Assembly: GCF_009914755.1 (NCBI RefSeq)
Contig: NC_060937.1
Length of the DNA: 64,000 nt
Strand: one strand, 5' to 3'
DNA from: the human T2T-CHM13v2.0 reference genome, Homo sapiens
Below the pieces are notes generated by a model. The model had not been told where the DNA came from, searched no databases, and saw only the letters and a list, made by a program, of their open reading frames with translations. Position numbers and translations under genes: made by a program. Shown here one piece after another: positions 41,001 to 54,770 of this stretch (positions are counted from its first letter, which is position 1; each line of letters begins with the position of its first letter).

Positions 41001-41910
41001 GATAGTGGAATGGTCTGAATGACCCCCCAAACTCTGGACATTGTGTTGAGGCACTGGGAGGGCAGACCCAGGCCAGATGAGCCTTCCCTCAACAGCCCAC
41101 CACTCCAGCACCCTGTGGTACATGCAGATGCTGGCAGTGGTAGAGACAGATGGGGTGATCTCCTGACTGCTATAGGAATGGTCAAGTCGGGGCAAAAACA
41201 GTTGGGCTGTGGCCTTGCTACTGGGGAGTGTGGTGTTGTTTTCATTGGGAGCAGTCATAGGTAAGTGACTAAGATTAACATGCTTCACTCACACTTCAGC
41301 CCCATGGCAGCCTGTGGTAATGGTAGTAGAATTTTTCTTTGGGGGCATGAAAATATGTGGCTGCCTCTCTGCTGGAGTGGGCAGGCTTGCTGACAGTGGC
41401 TCCCATCTCAGCCCCGGCTGCAGTGACTGCAGCCAAGAAATGTCAATGGGACCCCAGGGATGTGAAGATGCAGGGATTGTTGGGCTTTTAAGCAGGATGC
41501 AGTCTGGTGGGAGCTGGGTTCTCAAAATGGTGCCAGGCTGTAGCTGCTTAGGATTCAGAGTCTTGTGGGACTCAGTGTGCTCTGTCTTTAGAGCAATATT
41601 GTTGTACAGTCTCTAGGCAGCTCCCTATGTTAGTCTGAGAGCCTCTGATAGTTGAAAGGCTCTACCATGCTAGGATTGCAGGAGTCTGTAGTGGAAATGT
41701 GGACCACTGGGGTCTCTCACTTAAACTTCTCCCACATTTTAGAACCTCAAGAGGCTCCCAGCCAATCCCAGCTAGGCAAGTTGCTTTGCTTTCTTCTTCT
41801 TCCTTGCTTTTGGTATTTCCTACAACTTCTCTGTTGTTGACTCTTAAATGATCTATTTGAAGGGAGATTGTCTACCAGGTGTATCCAGTCAGCCATCTTG
41901 AAGCTCCTCT
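38020..41910 (-). mobile_element. 5' half of an older LINE-1 (L1PB/L1MA-type 5' UTR, ORF1, EN region)
   Basis: The element's 5' start on the minus strand is GAGGAGCTTCAAGATGGCTGACTGGA (about 41910). ORF1-type GTTTCTGCTGAGAAATCC, EN-type TCTGATATAAGTATAGCTA, and a GC-rich 5' UTR at 40.5-41.9 kb. Confidence 0.85.
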
Positions 41911-44424
41911 CTAGTCCTTCATTGGCTTCTTTTTAAATGTGTGTTTGAGCATATATTACCTGTTGTTATAAACTACAGATGTAAATATTTTGACATGAAG
42001 TTTTAGTTTATTGAATACTTTGATAAAGACTTTCAGTAGTACCCACTCTTATGAATATATATTGCTCCTCAAATATTTTTTGTCATATACTTATGATTAT
42101 TAGATAGTAATTACAAGGTAGCATTTAAGGGGTATTCAGTAAGTTCCAATAGTTCCATGTTTTTATTTATCTCAGTAAATTATTTTCATATTCAGGTCAT
42201 GGTATACTGCAAATAATGTGTGGCATATCAGCCATATACTTTCCAAAATAGTGTGGAAGTAAATTTTAGATATTATTTATTCAAAGGGCTGTGCTAGGAA
42301 TATTAATATAAGAATTGGAGTTTAAGTGCTTACTGTTTATTTTTAAAAGCTGGGTTAGTATTGAATACACATATTCTCAGATTTCTTCAGCAATGTATTT
42401 ATGGCCAGACTGTCACTATTGTGTCATTTTGTGGGAGTGAGCAAAAATTCAACAAGGCAAGCACTGTGCAATTTAGAGCCACTTTATGAGTGTATTTAAA
42501 TGACGGGGAAAATATATGGTATATTCTGTCAGTTACATCAAACAAACAACAAACAAACTGGCAAAATCAGTTGAACAAGTTTTTGGCATTTTATATATAA
42601 AGTAATGGTTCATGATCTGAAAAATTAATCCTTTATCAAAAGTCTATGTATTATATAGAAACCATTAGAGAACTATCTTTTCTTGATTCCTCCATTACCT
42701 ATTTTTTAACTTATCTTTAATTCTTTAACTTTCTTTTGTGCATTTTTTATCCTTATCACTTAATAACCCGCATACAATAACAGCTGAATAAAGTATTATT
42801 TTTTACTGTGTAAGACTGTGCCAGTGAGTTAGAACAAATTTTATGATAATAATAATGATGATGATGATGTTGGTTATGGATAATATCTTATATTCAGTAT
42901 TTATTCTCAATGATTCTGAACTATTTCACTGACAATCAAGAAATAACAAGCATTGTTACAGCTATTTCCTATCGGTCATTTTTATATATTCTCTCATATT
43001 TCTGTACTAGTAAATTTTATGAGATTTTTCCACATTAGCTGAAAGGAATTTTGATATTGAGCTGTCTGTACTTCCCATCTGATTAAATATAGGATCACAA
43101 ATTTCCAGCCATGTTGCTTGAAGAGGATATAGTTGAGTGTAAATAGGGCATGTGTAGAGTAGAAACTTCCACTGACTTGCAGCATACACTGTGTTCATAC
43201 CTACCCATCAGATTGTTCTTTCTTCTTCCACATCCAATTACAAAATAAACAATAAAAGCTAAATAAATGAAAGACAACATCGACCAAAAGATTGTAAAAT
43301 ATGCATGAAGAGATTAATAATCGATCTGGCAATTGTTCAGATTTCCTTTTTATAAATGTGGAATTCACTCAATTCGTAGAGCTTTTGATTTCATTCTGCA
43401 GTCTGTTACTATTCTACTGTTACTTCCATGTTGGATGGGGACCTTAATCTATGAATACACAGGTCAGAGGATGATTCTTCATGCCACTCAGCCTTCTTTA
43501 TTATGCAAACACATTTACAACACTAATAACACCTAAGAAAGAAAGCTACAAATGAGGTTTCAATATGCTGTGGTAATTTACAGTGTATGAAAAGTTTTTA
43601 TACTCAACAGTTTATTTTTATGTATTTTAAATCTTCTACGTAAAACAGGAGCAGCAACCTATATTCAGAAAAACAAGCAGGCTAAATACAGAGAACACTA
43701 AAAATACCTTTATAGTGTTCAGGTAGAGTAAGAGTAACTATAGATAATGTAATATAACTGCGATATGTACTTTTTACATGGCCAACTAGAAGGAGGATTA
43801 AGCACTATAAAGAGGTTAATGGTAACTAAATTAATACCTACGATAAAAATTGATCTTCCTCCTGTTTATATTAAAAAGAGAAAACATATAAATAAGGCAT
43901 GAGTGTTGTATTCTTACAATTATTTGCAAATTAGTAATTTGGACATTTGGAATTTAAAGAGAAGGAAGATTTAACCACATGTTCACTCTAGGTGTTTCTT
44001 TGTTTTTTCCTCTTAGTTTGTTTGGTTTTATAAGCATACAGAAAGATCAGATATCTTCAGCAGCAGTATCTAGAAAGAAGAAAGTTTTGATATGTTAAAA
44101 ATTGTCTCCCTAAGAGAAATTTTAAAAACAATATTAGTTAGATTTTCTGTTCTATTTTTGGTATTATGACAGAAAAAGCAGCATGACATAGAGTCCTAAT
44201 TTCTGGTGACTTGAGGACGGCGTTAATATTGTTATGCTGCTACAGAAAATAATCAAGAGGATATTATAAATAGCCTGAATTTTGTACATAGTCTGGAAAT
44301 AATATAGTTGGAATTTAATCATACCATCATGATGATATCCTAAGATGAAACTCTATCCTTCTTGTTTTTACCAGCCTCGGAACAATGAGGAACAATGAAA
44401 ACCTTTATGATGAATCATGCCGAC

Positions 44425-44449
44425 AAAAAAAAAAAAAAAAAAAAAAAAA
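44425..44449 (+). repeat. Perfect A25 homopolymer with no recognisable parent element
   Basis: Counted directly. Confidence 0.95.
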
Positions 44450-45539
44450 CTAGTGTTATTTTGTCTTAAATAGCTAAATATATGCAAGGTAAGCATATTC
44501 ATACCAAGGAGTCTTCTTGTCTGAGCCCTTCATAGAGAATTGAGCGGTTGGATAATTGTGACTATTTCTGTTGTTTTTTTTTTTTTGTAAAGATATTATA
44601 CTACCACTTAAAGTAACTATGGCCAATTAAGAGAGCTTAATTCAAGACAATTGTGATGCCTGGAAAAATTAAAATTGGCTAATAATGATTTACTTTAGTC
44701 TGAAACTGTAATTCAACATAAAGGAAATATAAAAGTTATGAATATGTTTTGTTATCACATGAAACTTGGGATACCATGTCATCTCCTCATCATTCTCCAG
44801 AGTAAAACAGCCAATGATTTTGCATGCATGTTTTCATGCTTTTTTGTTGCATGATTCTGTTGCAGTTGCTCTGACAGGAATTGGGTCCTTCCAAAGGCAA
44901 CCATATATATTCTGAATATTAAGAGCTGTGGTTTCTGCAGTAACCTGATAGGAGAACTCTGCTTGACAAGGGAACTGTATATTGACAGATCAAAAAGTGG
45001 TTAACTCAACCAATGATATTCTTTTTCTCACTATGACAGACATAGAAAGTTGAAAAGGAATAGAAGCAGAAAATCAATAGTAATGAGTGGATTCATCAGT
45101 GTAAGGGACTTGGGAAGGAAGCAAATAGTCCCTGGATTTGTACATATGATAACCCTGCCATTTGTCCCTAAAGCTGCTGAATTTTCTCAAATATGGCTCC
45201 TGATATCCATGATGCTTAAGAGAGGAAATGTGGAGATTGCTCTCTTTCTCCTAATATTTTTCAATATTCTTGCAATAAGGCACCTTTATATAAAAGACTA
45301 CCTGTTCATGCTCCCTACATCCTGAAAGAACTTTAACCATTAGAAAATGTTTCTACAAAATATAGAATGTTAGTTAATTTAAGTTTTAATCCATTTTAAA
45401 GGCCGTAGATTATAATTGTTCTATTATTTATTCTGAATAAGAAAGAATGAATAGAAACTATAAGACAGAAACTATGAGAACCTTGCAGAAACGGACCATA
45501 TGGAAGACATAGGGTTAGTTTCTCTTGGCATGGAGCAGA

Positions 45540-45710
45540 GAAGGTGAAGTCTTGAGAAGAGTACATATATGAACCTGGGGGACTTGAAGAATGAATAAAA
45601 GGATTTTATCACAGGTAGGTATGGATGAAATTTTTCAGTGGGTGGAAAAGAATCCCAGAGACAGAGGAAAATGGGAAGAGTATGGAGGTGTATGAGTGAA
45701 CCATATATTT
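45540..45710 (-). mobile_element. L2 fragment, degraded
   Basis: Purine-rich CTTGAAGAATGAATAAAAGGATTT..AGAATCCCAGAGACAGAGGAAAA resembles antisense L2. Confidence 0.4.
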
Positions 45711-46275
45711 AAACAGCTAAAAACCACTTCTGAAGAGATTAGAGAACCAATACATGAAAGATATAAAGAAAAGTTATAAAGAAAAAATTGTTACAAGTTC
45801 AATAGGTAAAAACACTCTCAAATAATCATAACTTTCCAAAAGTAATTGCTTCTCCACAACATAGTTATACCCAATTACTTAAATTTCCTGAGTAAAGGGT
45901 GGAAGATCTTCTTCAGGAACATTATAATATTCACTTCATATCTTGCCATATCATATGTTAAAATAATATTTCACTTGCATTAGGTATAGTACTAGATCAT
46001 CTACATGGTTTCCCCCAAATCTAATATGTTACTCTATTTGGATCTGTGGTTAAGTAATAAATTAAATGTTGCATTTTTATGTAATATGGTCTTTAGAAAA
46101 TATCAGACAAAATCAAACATCAAACCTTTACTCAGATCATACCTTATCATGTACTGGTACTGCAAAAGGGATTTTTGTATAATATATAATTCTATCTTGT
46201 ATAAATTCTACAGGAGACCTTATTTTTCTAAGGAAATATGTCTTTAGACATTAAGGGTGTCATATAGGAAACTAA

Positions 46276-46617
<342 letters not shown>

Positions 46618-46723
46618 TAGTATAAAATATTTTATCAATTTAATGTACAGGATTTTTCCCTTTGTGTGTGGGAAAAAAACAATTCAAACTAGTTTAATCT
46701 TTTTTAAAAAAGTGGTAATGGTG

Positions 46724-47079
<356 letters not shown>

Positions 47080-49297
47080 CTACAGCTTTGAGAGGAAGAA
47101 GAAATTTGTAAAGTTCCTTCAGTTTCACTAAGCAATTGTGAAAGAGGAATGAATTTGGGAATTTCTTTCAGCCAGAGGATATTGAAATATGAATTTAAGA
47201 ACTGAAGTTGATAAATAATCAGTTCCAAGCATTGCCAACACAGGAACATTTATGAGTTCTCTGTAGGGACGATGTACCTGTTAATATTTTATTCAGCTTA
47301 AGTGAAAGAAACATACAATTTTGCTTAAAAATAACTACACGTGGGAATTTTATATTTAAAATTTTTGTATCTTTAAGTTTATACTAAGCCATATTGCTTC
47401 ACGTTCTTAAGTTGATAACTATTTCAGTTGCAAGTCAACTACTCTGCACATTTAAAGTAAATGTTTACCTTGATTTTATTTTATTCATTTATTTTTAACA
47501 TTCTACTACTGGAAACAGCATTAATATATAACTGAGAATTTAGACGAAAGCTTTCTTGCAACTATCTTGAAGCCATTAAATAACTTACATTGTAAAGATA
47601 AATTTTTGAAAAGCAAAAATCTCATTTTTATAAGACGCTTTTTCTTCCTTTTTTACTCTTGGAAAATAGGCAAAAGTTACAGGACATATTTTAAAGAATG
47701 TTTGTAGAAGTTATGTATTTTGAAATGTTACATATAAAAATACTTTGTGAAAACTATCAGAATGACTTGAGGAAAATTATTATATTAATGAAGAAAATAT
47801 ACGAATGATTAATGCTAAGACTGAATCATTTTGTTTAAAAAAAAAGTGTAGGGCTTCAATTGCAGTGTAAGATTGGATATAGCAGGCTGGATTTAGGAGA
47901 GGTCTAACAAATTACATTAGAGCTTTTCGACCAGTCAGGCTGATATAGAGGTAGCTGGAATGATGATACACAACTCAGCAGTTCAGGTAGGGACAAATCT
48001 AAGAGCAAAGTGTGATTGCATTCACTGATCAGGCACCAGGCTATTACTTTTCTGAGAAGAAGAAACTAAGAAAGGCTGTAATTTGAAGACAGAGGCCAAC
48101 AAGAAAACCTAAGATATGTCAGATAAAGATGTGATATTTAGTGTTCCATTCTAAAAAAGGCTGGAGGGTTGATCTCATAGTGTTTTTTTATTTTCTTTTT
48201 TTTCCTTTGTAGATATTAGTAGGTATATTAAAGTTTTAATTAAAATGATGAACCTTAGAATGCTTTTTCATAAGACTACAATAGGATGAGTGGTTTATGT
48301 TTAAATAATAAATTATATGAAGCAATTAAAATCATAATGTGACAGAAAATGAGGAAAAAAGGCATTCGTTGATTTGCAGTTAATCTCAGAATTATTTCAT
48401 GAAAAAGAAAGTGTACGTGAGTTCAACTAGCATGACATATTCAGTATATTCACAGATCTGAGAAAGACGATTTCCCCAGGGATAATTTCTCTGTCTTATG
48501 CCACCACTTTACAGTTTTCCCTAGGCTTCCTGTACAATTTCATGTGACCTTTAGTTTGATCTCATCTCGGCTAGGGAACCACTTTTAAAAAAATTTTCTC
48601 TTGGGTTGTATCTGAAGGAAGACTTTCCTATAATTAAACAGGAGTTACAGGGAAAAAAGAATGTAGGCATGCTAATGAGATTTTAATAGAAATGCTTTGG
48701 GATTTATTAATTTACTAGTTAAATTATTGATGAGAAAGATTTTACTAATCAAAAATCAGATTTAAGTGTATTTTCAAAGTTCAATTATGTTTAGTCAATT
48801 TGCCTACTAATTAAAAATAAACAAATGATCTTAGACTTCCTTGGTCTTATATGAAAACCAATAATAAATAAAATTCACTATGGCTTTCCAAAGATGGTAA
48901 TCTTTTTGTCATTCTTTGTATAAAAAAAGACAATAAGCACGACACTATAGAGGACATGACGTTTTTACTTTGAAGTGATTCTCAGTAATGTGTATATGCA
49001 GGATACTTACTGTATTTTAGAAAATATTTGAAAAAATATTTATTAGTACCACCCAAATAAATTACAATAAAATTATTTATTTAACTGTATCAGTCTTTAA
49101 TAATTTATCTTTTAATTTTTTTACTTTTAATTCAATTTAATAAGCATTATATTTATTTTTACATCTTAACCTCATTATTTTAACATTTGTTGAGTGCTTA
49201 ATGGATAATACATTTTGTATACTTCTATTTATTTAAAATGGTTAAAGTCAAAAATTTTTGTAGTTAATTGAGTTTTCTTGTTTAAAATTTAAGGTTT

Positions 49298-49386
49298 ATT
49301 TTTATAGAGAAACAGTCTTGCTATTTTGCCCAGGCTAGTCCTGAACTTCGGAGCTGAAGCAATCCTCCCACTTCAGCCTCGCAAGT
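49298..49386 (-). mobile_element. FLAM/AluJ monomer fragment
   Basis: TCTTGCTATTTTGCCCAGGCTAGTCCTGAACT..AAGCAATCCTCCCACTTCAGCCTC. Confidence 0.8.
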
Positions 49387-49448
49387 TTTCTCTTAAGAGA
49401 AAATGCAAATATAAAAGATAACATTTTTTTTAACAAAGTCTTTGTTTG

Positions 49449-49550
49449 GTGACTTTGTGTAATTTACCTATGCTCACTCAATTTCTTTCTATATAAAATA
49501 ATGATAATGTTATCTAGGTCACATGGCTATTGAGTCATTAGAATTATATA
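49449..49550 (+). mobile_element. MIR fragment
   Basis: GTGACTTTGTGTAATTTACCTA..CTCAATTTCTTTCTATATAAAATAATGATAAT. Confidence 0.5.
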
Positions 49551-50235
49551 AAACAATGCTTCGAGTAACATTATTGTCCTTTTTTGTGAACCTTTATTCA
49601 ATTTCTAGTTCTAACCTGTGAGTTTCACTTATTTTACTTAAATCCCTGAAATCTTTGACTCTTCTTTTGTTTCTATCCTACTGAAATTTGTCTTTTTCTT
49701 AACCTACGTCTTACTCCCTTTCTTTTGAAAGCCCTTGTTTAATAATATCAGCATTGTAAAGATTAGTCTGTTTTTCAGTGATCAAAAGCTTTTAAAATAG
49801 AACATGCCTCTCCAATATATGTGTGTTTGTTTATTTATAAAATGAACACATGAGTTACTCTAAATAATGGGCTTCACTAATATACAAATATTTTTGCTTA
49901 ACACTTGTTTAACTAAACTCTGGTTCTCACTCGTTTCTTTAATTACTTAATTTAAATATCTCTCAGTGCTGAAAAAGATAACTCAAAATAGAAATGCCTA
50001 AATAGAAGAATCATAAGAATAGTTGTTCAAATTTTATCTCATTGATCATTTTCCCATCACATTCACTAATTAAGATTTACTTTGGTTAAAATTCCAAAGA
50101 ATTCAATATTATGTTTTAATTACATCAGAAAAACTATATATTTATTGTTACAAATCGATTATTTTTTCAAACTAATGACAATATCTTGCTTTTTGTTTTT
50201 AACAAATGGTTTTAAAGCCTAAAGTTTCTGGAAGA

Positions 50236-51040
50236 TTTTTTTTTATTATTATACTTTAAGTTCTAGGGTACATGTACACAATGTGCAGGTTTGTTACATA
50301 TGTATACATGTGCCATGTTGGTGTGCTGCACCCATTAACTCGTCATTTACATTAGGTATATCTCCTGATGCTATCCCTCCCCGATCCTCCCATCCCATGA
50401 CAGGCCCCGGTGTGTGATGTTCCCCTTCTTGTGTCCACATGTTCTTATTGTTCAGTTCCCACCTATGAGTGAGAACATGCAGTGTTTGGTTTTTTGTCCT
50501 TGCAATAGTTTGCTGAGAATGATGGTTTCCAGCTTCATCCATGTCCCTACAAAGGACATGAACTCATCCTTTTTTAATGGCTGCATAGTATTCCATGGTG
50601 TATATGTACCACATTTTCTTAATCCAGTCTATCATTGATGGACATTTGGGTTGGTTCCAAGTCTTTGCTATTGCGAATAGTGCTGCAATCAACATACGTG
50701 TGCATGTGTCTTTATAGCAGCATGATTTATAATCCTTTGGGTATATACCCAGTAAAGGGATGGCTGGGTCGAATGGTATTTCTAGTTCTAGATCCTTGAG
50801 GAATCGCCACACTGTCTTCCACAAAGGTTGAACTACGTTATAGTCCCACCACCAATGTAAGTGTTCCTATTTCTCCACATCCTCTCCAGCACCTGTTGTT
50901 TCCTGACTTTTTAATGATCACCATTCTAACTGGTGTGAGATGGTATCTCTTTGTGGTTTTGATTTGCATTTCTTGGATGGCCAGTGATGATGAGCATTTT
51001 TTCATGTGTCTGTCGGCTGCATAAATGTCTTCTTCTGAGA
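50236..51040 (-). mobile_element. L1PA4-like 3' fragment (about 0.8 kb, 5'-truncated)
   Basis: Peptide [37 protein letters not shown]. 3' UTR GAGATATACCTAATGTAAATGACGAGTTAATGGGTGCAGCACACCAAC. TSD not clear. Confidence 0.92.
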
Positions 51041-54000
51041 CATTTTGTTTTTTTTAAAAAAGAAACAAGTTAGAAACGTTCGTTTCCTTTTTGTATGCTA
51101 TTTATGTTTTACATGTGCAGAGATTAGTTTCTTTAAATGGTAGTTCACTTACGTCATGTCCAATAACTAAAGAATATAACCAAAGAAACATCTCCAAATA
51201 TCTATTTTCTAAACAGTTTGCCTACCATACATTTATTTATGAGAGCATTGGCCTTCTATTTGTTAAAGCATCCCATTTTTCTTAGTTGCATAAATTAAAT
51301 ATATTTTGTTTTTCAAGAGCTGATGGGTGGCATACAGTGGAAAAGATACTATCTTATTTGTATCTATCAGAAAACTAATGCTAGACCAACAAATTTGAAC
51401 CTCTTTTCTTTCATAAAGGAAAAATTTGTAGTCATTTACTCTTCTCTCTGGATAACTATCAGCTGTGCAGAAAAAGAAAAGTTTCTTAGTCAATCCTCAA
51501 ATTTTAACAAATTACTACAAAGACAAACATTGTTTAGAAGTGTTGACTTTATACAATTAGACTCATCAATGACATTTATGAGTATTTCTTGCAGCAACGT
51601 TTTTGGGCCGTAACTGACCTATGAAAAATGCAGTAAATGAATTTCAAATGTAATATTATCATTAAATAGTGGATATAAATCTGTATTTCAAATAGTGTTC
51701 TAAATAAATTCTTCTGTATTTTTTGAACAACTTCATTTTATAGCTGATTAAATTAGAATTATTTTCACCTGCTGATGCTGTTATTTTTGTTTTTTGCTTA
51801 TGCTTGCATATTTGGCATTATCTCAACACTCACTGAAGCTTGAGGGAGAAGAGACTTTCAAGCTGCTTATCAATCTTATGAGGATCAGTTTGGTTAAAGC
51901 TAAATAAAATAATTTATAAACTACTTAATTTAGAACATATAAACTGCAATAAGCTTAAATGCAGTGAAAATGAATGTGGAGGTTCTAAGTGCTTGCCTGC
52001 TGTAAAACTAACCTTTTTCCTCCCAGTATCCATAGCCTATTTTAAAACAAATGTCCACTTGCCCATATGAAATTTTTAAAAAATCAGCTGCAATCTGTAT
52101 GTTCAATAGCAGCAAATCTCAACTTCCTTCTTTTTTCGAAAAATGATCATAAATAACAGTTCTAACACTTCTCCTACTTCCCACTAGATTAGATACATGT
52201 GATCTCTTGTGCTTTGATCCCTCTTTGCAGGTTTTAAACCTAGAAGAGAGATTTGAATGAATTTTGAATTTTTAACTTTTGGCTTTGCTAGGGATTATTT
52301 AGGTGTCTTTTGTGTGTATGTGTGTTTCTGTATAATTTGAAAAGTAGTATTGATTGCATCTACTTTTAAAAAACTTGACTAAAAAAGCATATACACAGAG
52401 AGCACTTGATGTTAATACAAAGAAAAGCAACACATGAGGTATTGATTGTGTAATTATGTAGCACACAGCATAATTATGGGTCCTTGATAAATACTGAATG
52501 ATGGTTACAATTATTGTCAACTTAAAAAATATTGTCTGAAATAATATCATTTTAGCCCTCCTTCTTTTCAGATATTCCCTGAAAGAGGAAAAAAATAATA
52601 GAATCTGTGGAAGTTTACTTTTATTTCAGTCTGGAGGGAAATGTCAACCAGGTGTTTAAGGTTTTGTTGATGATCTGTCTTTATTGTGGTTGTAATACTG
52701 CTTTAGTAATGTCGAGGAAAAAGTAAAATTAAAGATGGTCTTTTATAGTGGGCATGAACTTCTAAGAATTTCTGAAGACCCAAATATTTGCATTATGAGA
52801 GAAGAGTATCAAAATTTCCTAAAGAACACTCTAGTAGAAATAATACTGAATGTTTATGGATTTTGCGTTTAAATAAGAAAATATAGTGTTTATCTACCAT
52901 ATTCATCTCTTGATATATTGTTAGCCTCCCGACCTCATATTTTTTTTTACAACTCACTGCATTGACCAGCCCTTTTCCTACCTGGGCACCTGAACACAGT
53001 ATAGTAGAATTATGTAGCACCCCTGTAAATGCATGTTGCTTTAACTTGACAATGCTATTTCGTTTGAGTCTCCTGGTATAGAACTGATAAGGAGAACTAA
53101 CATTTTGTTATGCTCAGTATTGTATTTGATTGTGTTCTCATTATCTTATCTACACTATGTTATTTTCCTTTGCTGTATGCACAGTATTCCCATAATGAGA
53201 TATTGTTCATCTTTATATAACTAGGGCACATGCTAAATCTCTGCAGACATAGTTCTTGGCCAAAGTGTGAGGACAATTTGTATCTAATAATGGGGCCATT
53301 TCAGAGCTGAAAGTAATTTTGACTGTCTTTGGTCATATTATTGCCTTGAAAAAGCAAGGGTAACTTGAAAAATTACCTGGACAATGAGAATAATTTTGCC
53401 ATCATTTTGTAATGGCGAAAATATGGTTATCATCAATTTCTTTAAATAATGTAAGGTATACATTCATTTAGCCAATTTATAAACAGTTTGTATACATACA
53501 TAAATATATATATATTTGTTGGCTTGCTAGAATGATCCAGTAATAATGATAAATAGCAAAGTTTAGAAAACTTTATAAGACAATACACATAAAGGAGGTT
53601 CAAACAGTTTATGGGGCATGGCAATACACAATATGAGTAAGCTATTATTATTTTAATGACCTGTTTATATTCAACATTTTAAAAAAATCTTACCAACTGT
53701 ACTTTGAAAAGATCATCGTAACATCACATTTTAATTAATACAATTGAGTTTTAGGTACGAAATGCCCTCATTTCTTTCTAAACATTATGCCTATGAACAC
53801 TGAAGAGTATTTTTATATTCCAGTTAACATTGTAAGTTATGTTAGTTTGCTTTTTAATAAACACAATTTTATTCTAAGATTAAACCACAGAAAGAAGAAT
53901 TTTATGACTGGCAAATTATGGTTTAACAAATATGTTTATTATTGGCTATTAATCAGCAGATTATTTCCATTCTTTGAGCTAATTGTATATACTTGTGTTA

Positions 54001-54569
54001 CTTTCATTTGCTGCAAATTTGTTTTGAATTCAGATAGGTAAATTCCATGATTATCCTTTATGATATTTTGTTTATTTTTCACACAGAACTGATAGTAAAA
54101 ATAATATTTTTGTATATATAGTAGAATATTTGAGCTTGTCCTCCTTATGTTGACTCTTCTGTGCTGTTTTTATGATGGGAAATGTAGGCTGTGAATGAGT
54201 GAATGGAAAGGGAGAATGAATTGAATTAAATAATACTTCGAAGAATTTGGTTTGGACGTAAAAAATGGTATCAGTTAATTCCAAAAGGAATATAATTAAG
54301 AAAATTTAAGGATAAATCATTCTAATAGAAATGCAAAGATGATGGTATAGGGGAGAGAGGATTATCATGAGTCTTACTTGGATTTGAAATGAGGACTGAG
54401 GTTAATATTATATAATTATATATCAAGAAGTGGCATTTTAAGATGTCTTACAAGGTGGGCTGGAGGAAAGGTTGACTATATGAGAGATAGTGAGAAGTTG
54501 ATAGACTTTCCACATTGCACATGTAGAAATATTGACATGCCACATATGTGTAGTGTTTCACACCTCCAC

Positions 54570-54770
54570 GTAACTTAAACATTTTATTCAGGATTTTGAG
54601 TTTGTGAGGAAAAATCGGGGATTATTCTTTCCATTTTATAACTGGGTAGAGTGAGGTTTAGTAGGGTGAGATGTTTCAAGATCACATTGACTGAATTGTC
54701 AGAGCTGAAAGTAAAACTTTAGACTTTCAAGACTAATTCAATATTCATTCTATCACACACACCGCCTCCC
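54570..54770 (-). mobile_element. MIR SINE
   Basis: TTCCATTTTATAACTGGGTAGAGTGAGGTTTAGTAGGGTGAGATGTTTCAAGATCACA..ACACCGCCTCCC. Confidence 0.6.

Noticed and set aside
40775-41840. Cluster of overlapping 60-156 aa ORFs
   Set aside because: They lie in the GC-rich 5' UTR of an old L1, where stop codons are naturally scarce.
52007-52575. Three plus-strand acceptor-like sites (52026, 52230, 52571)
   Set aside because: No matching strong donors at exon distance; expected by chance in pyrimidine-rich DNA.
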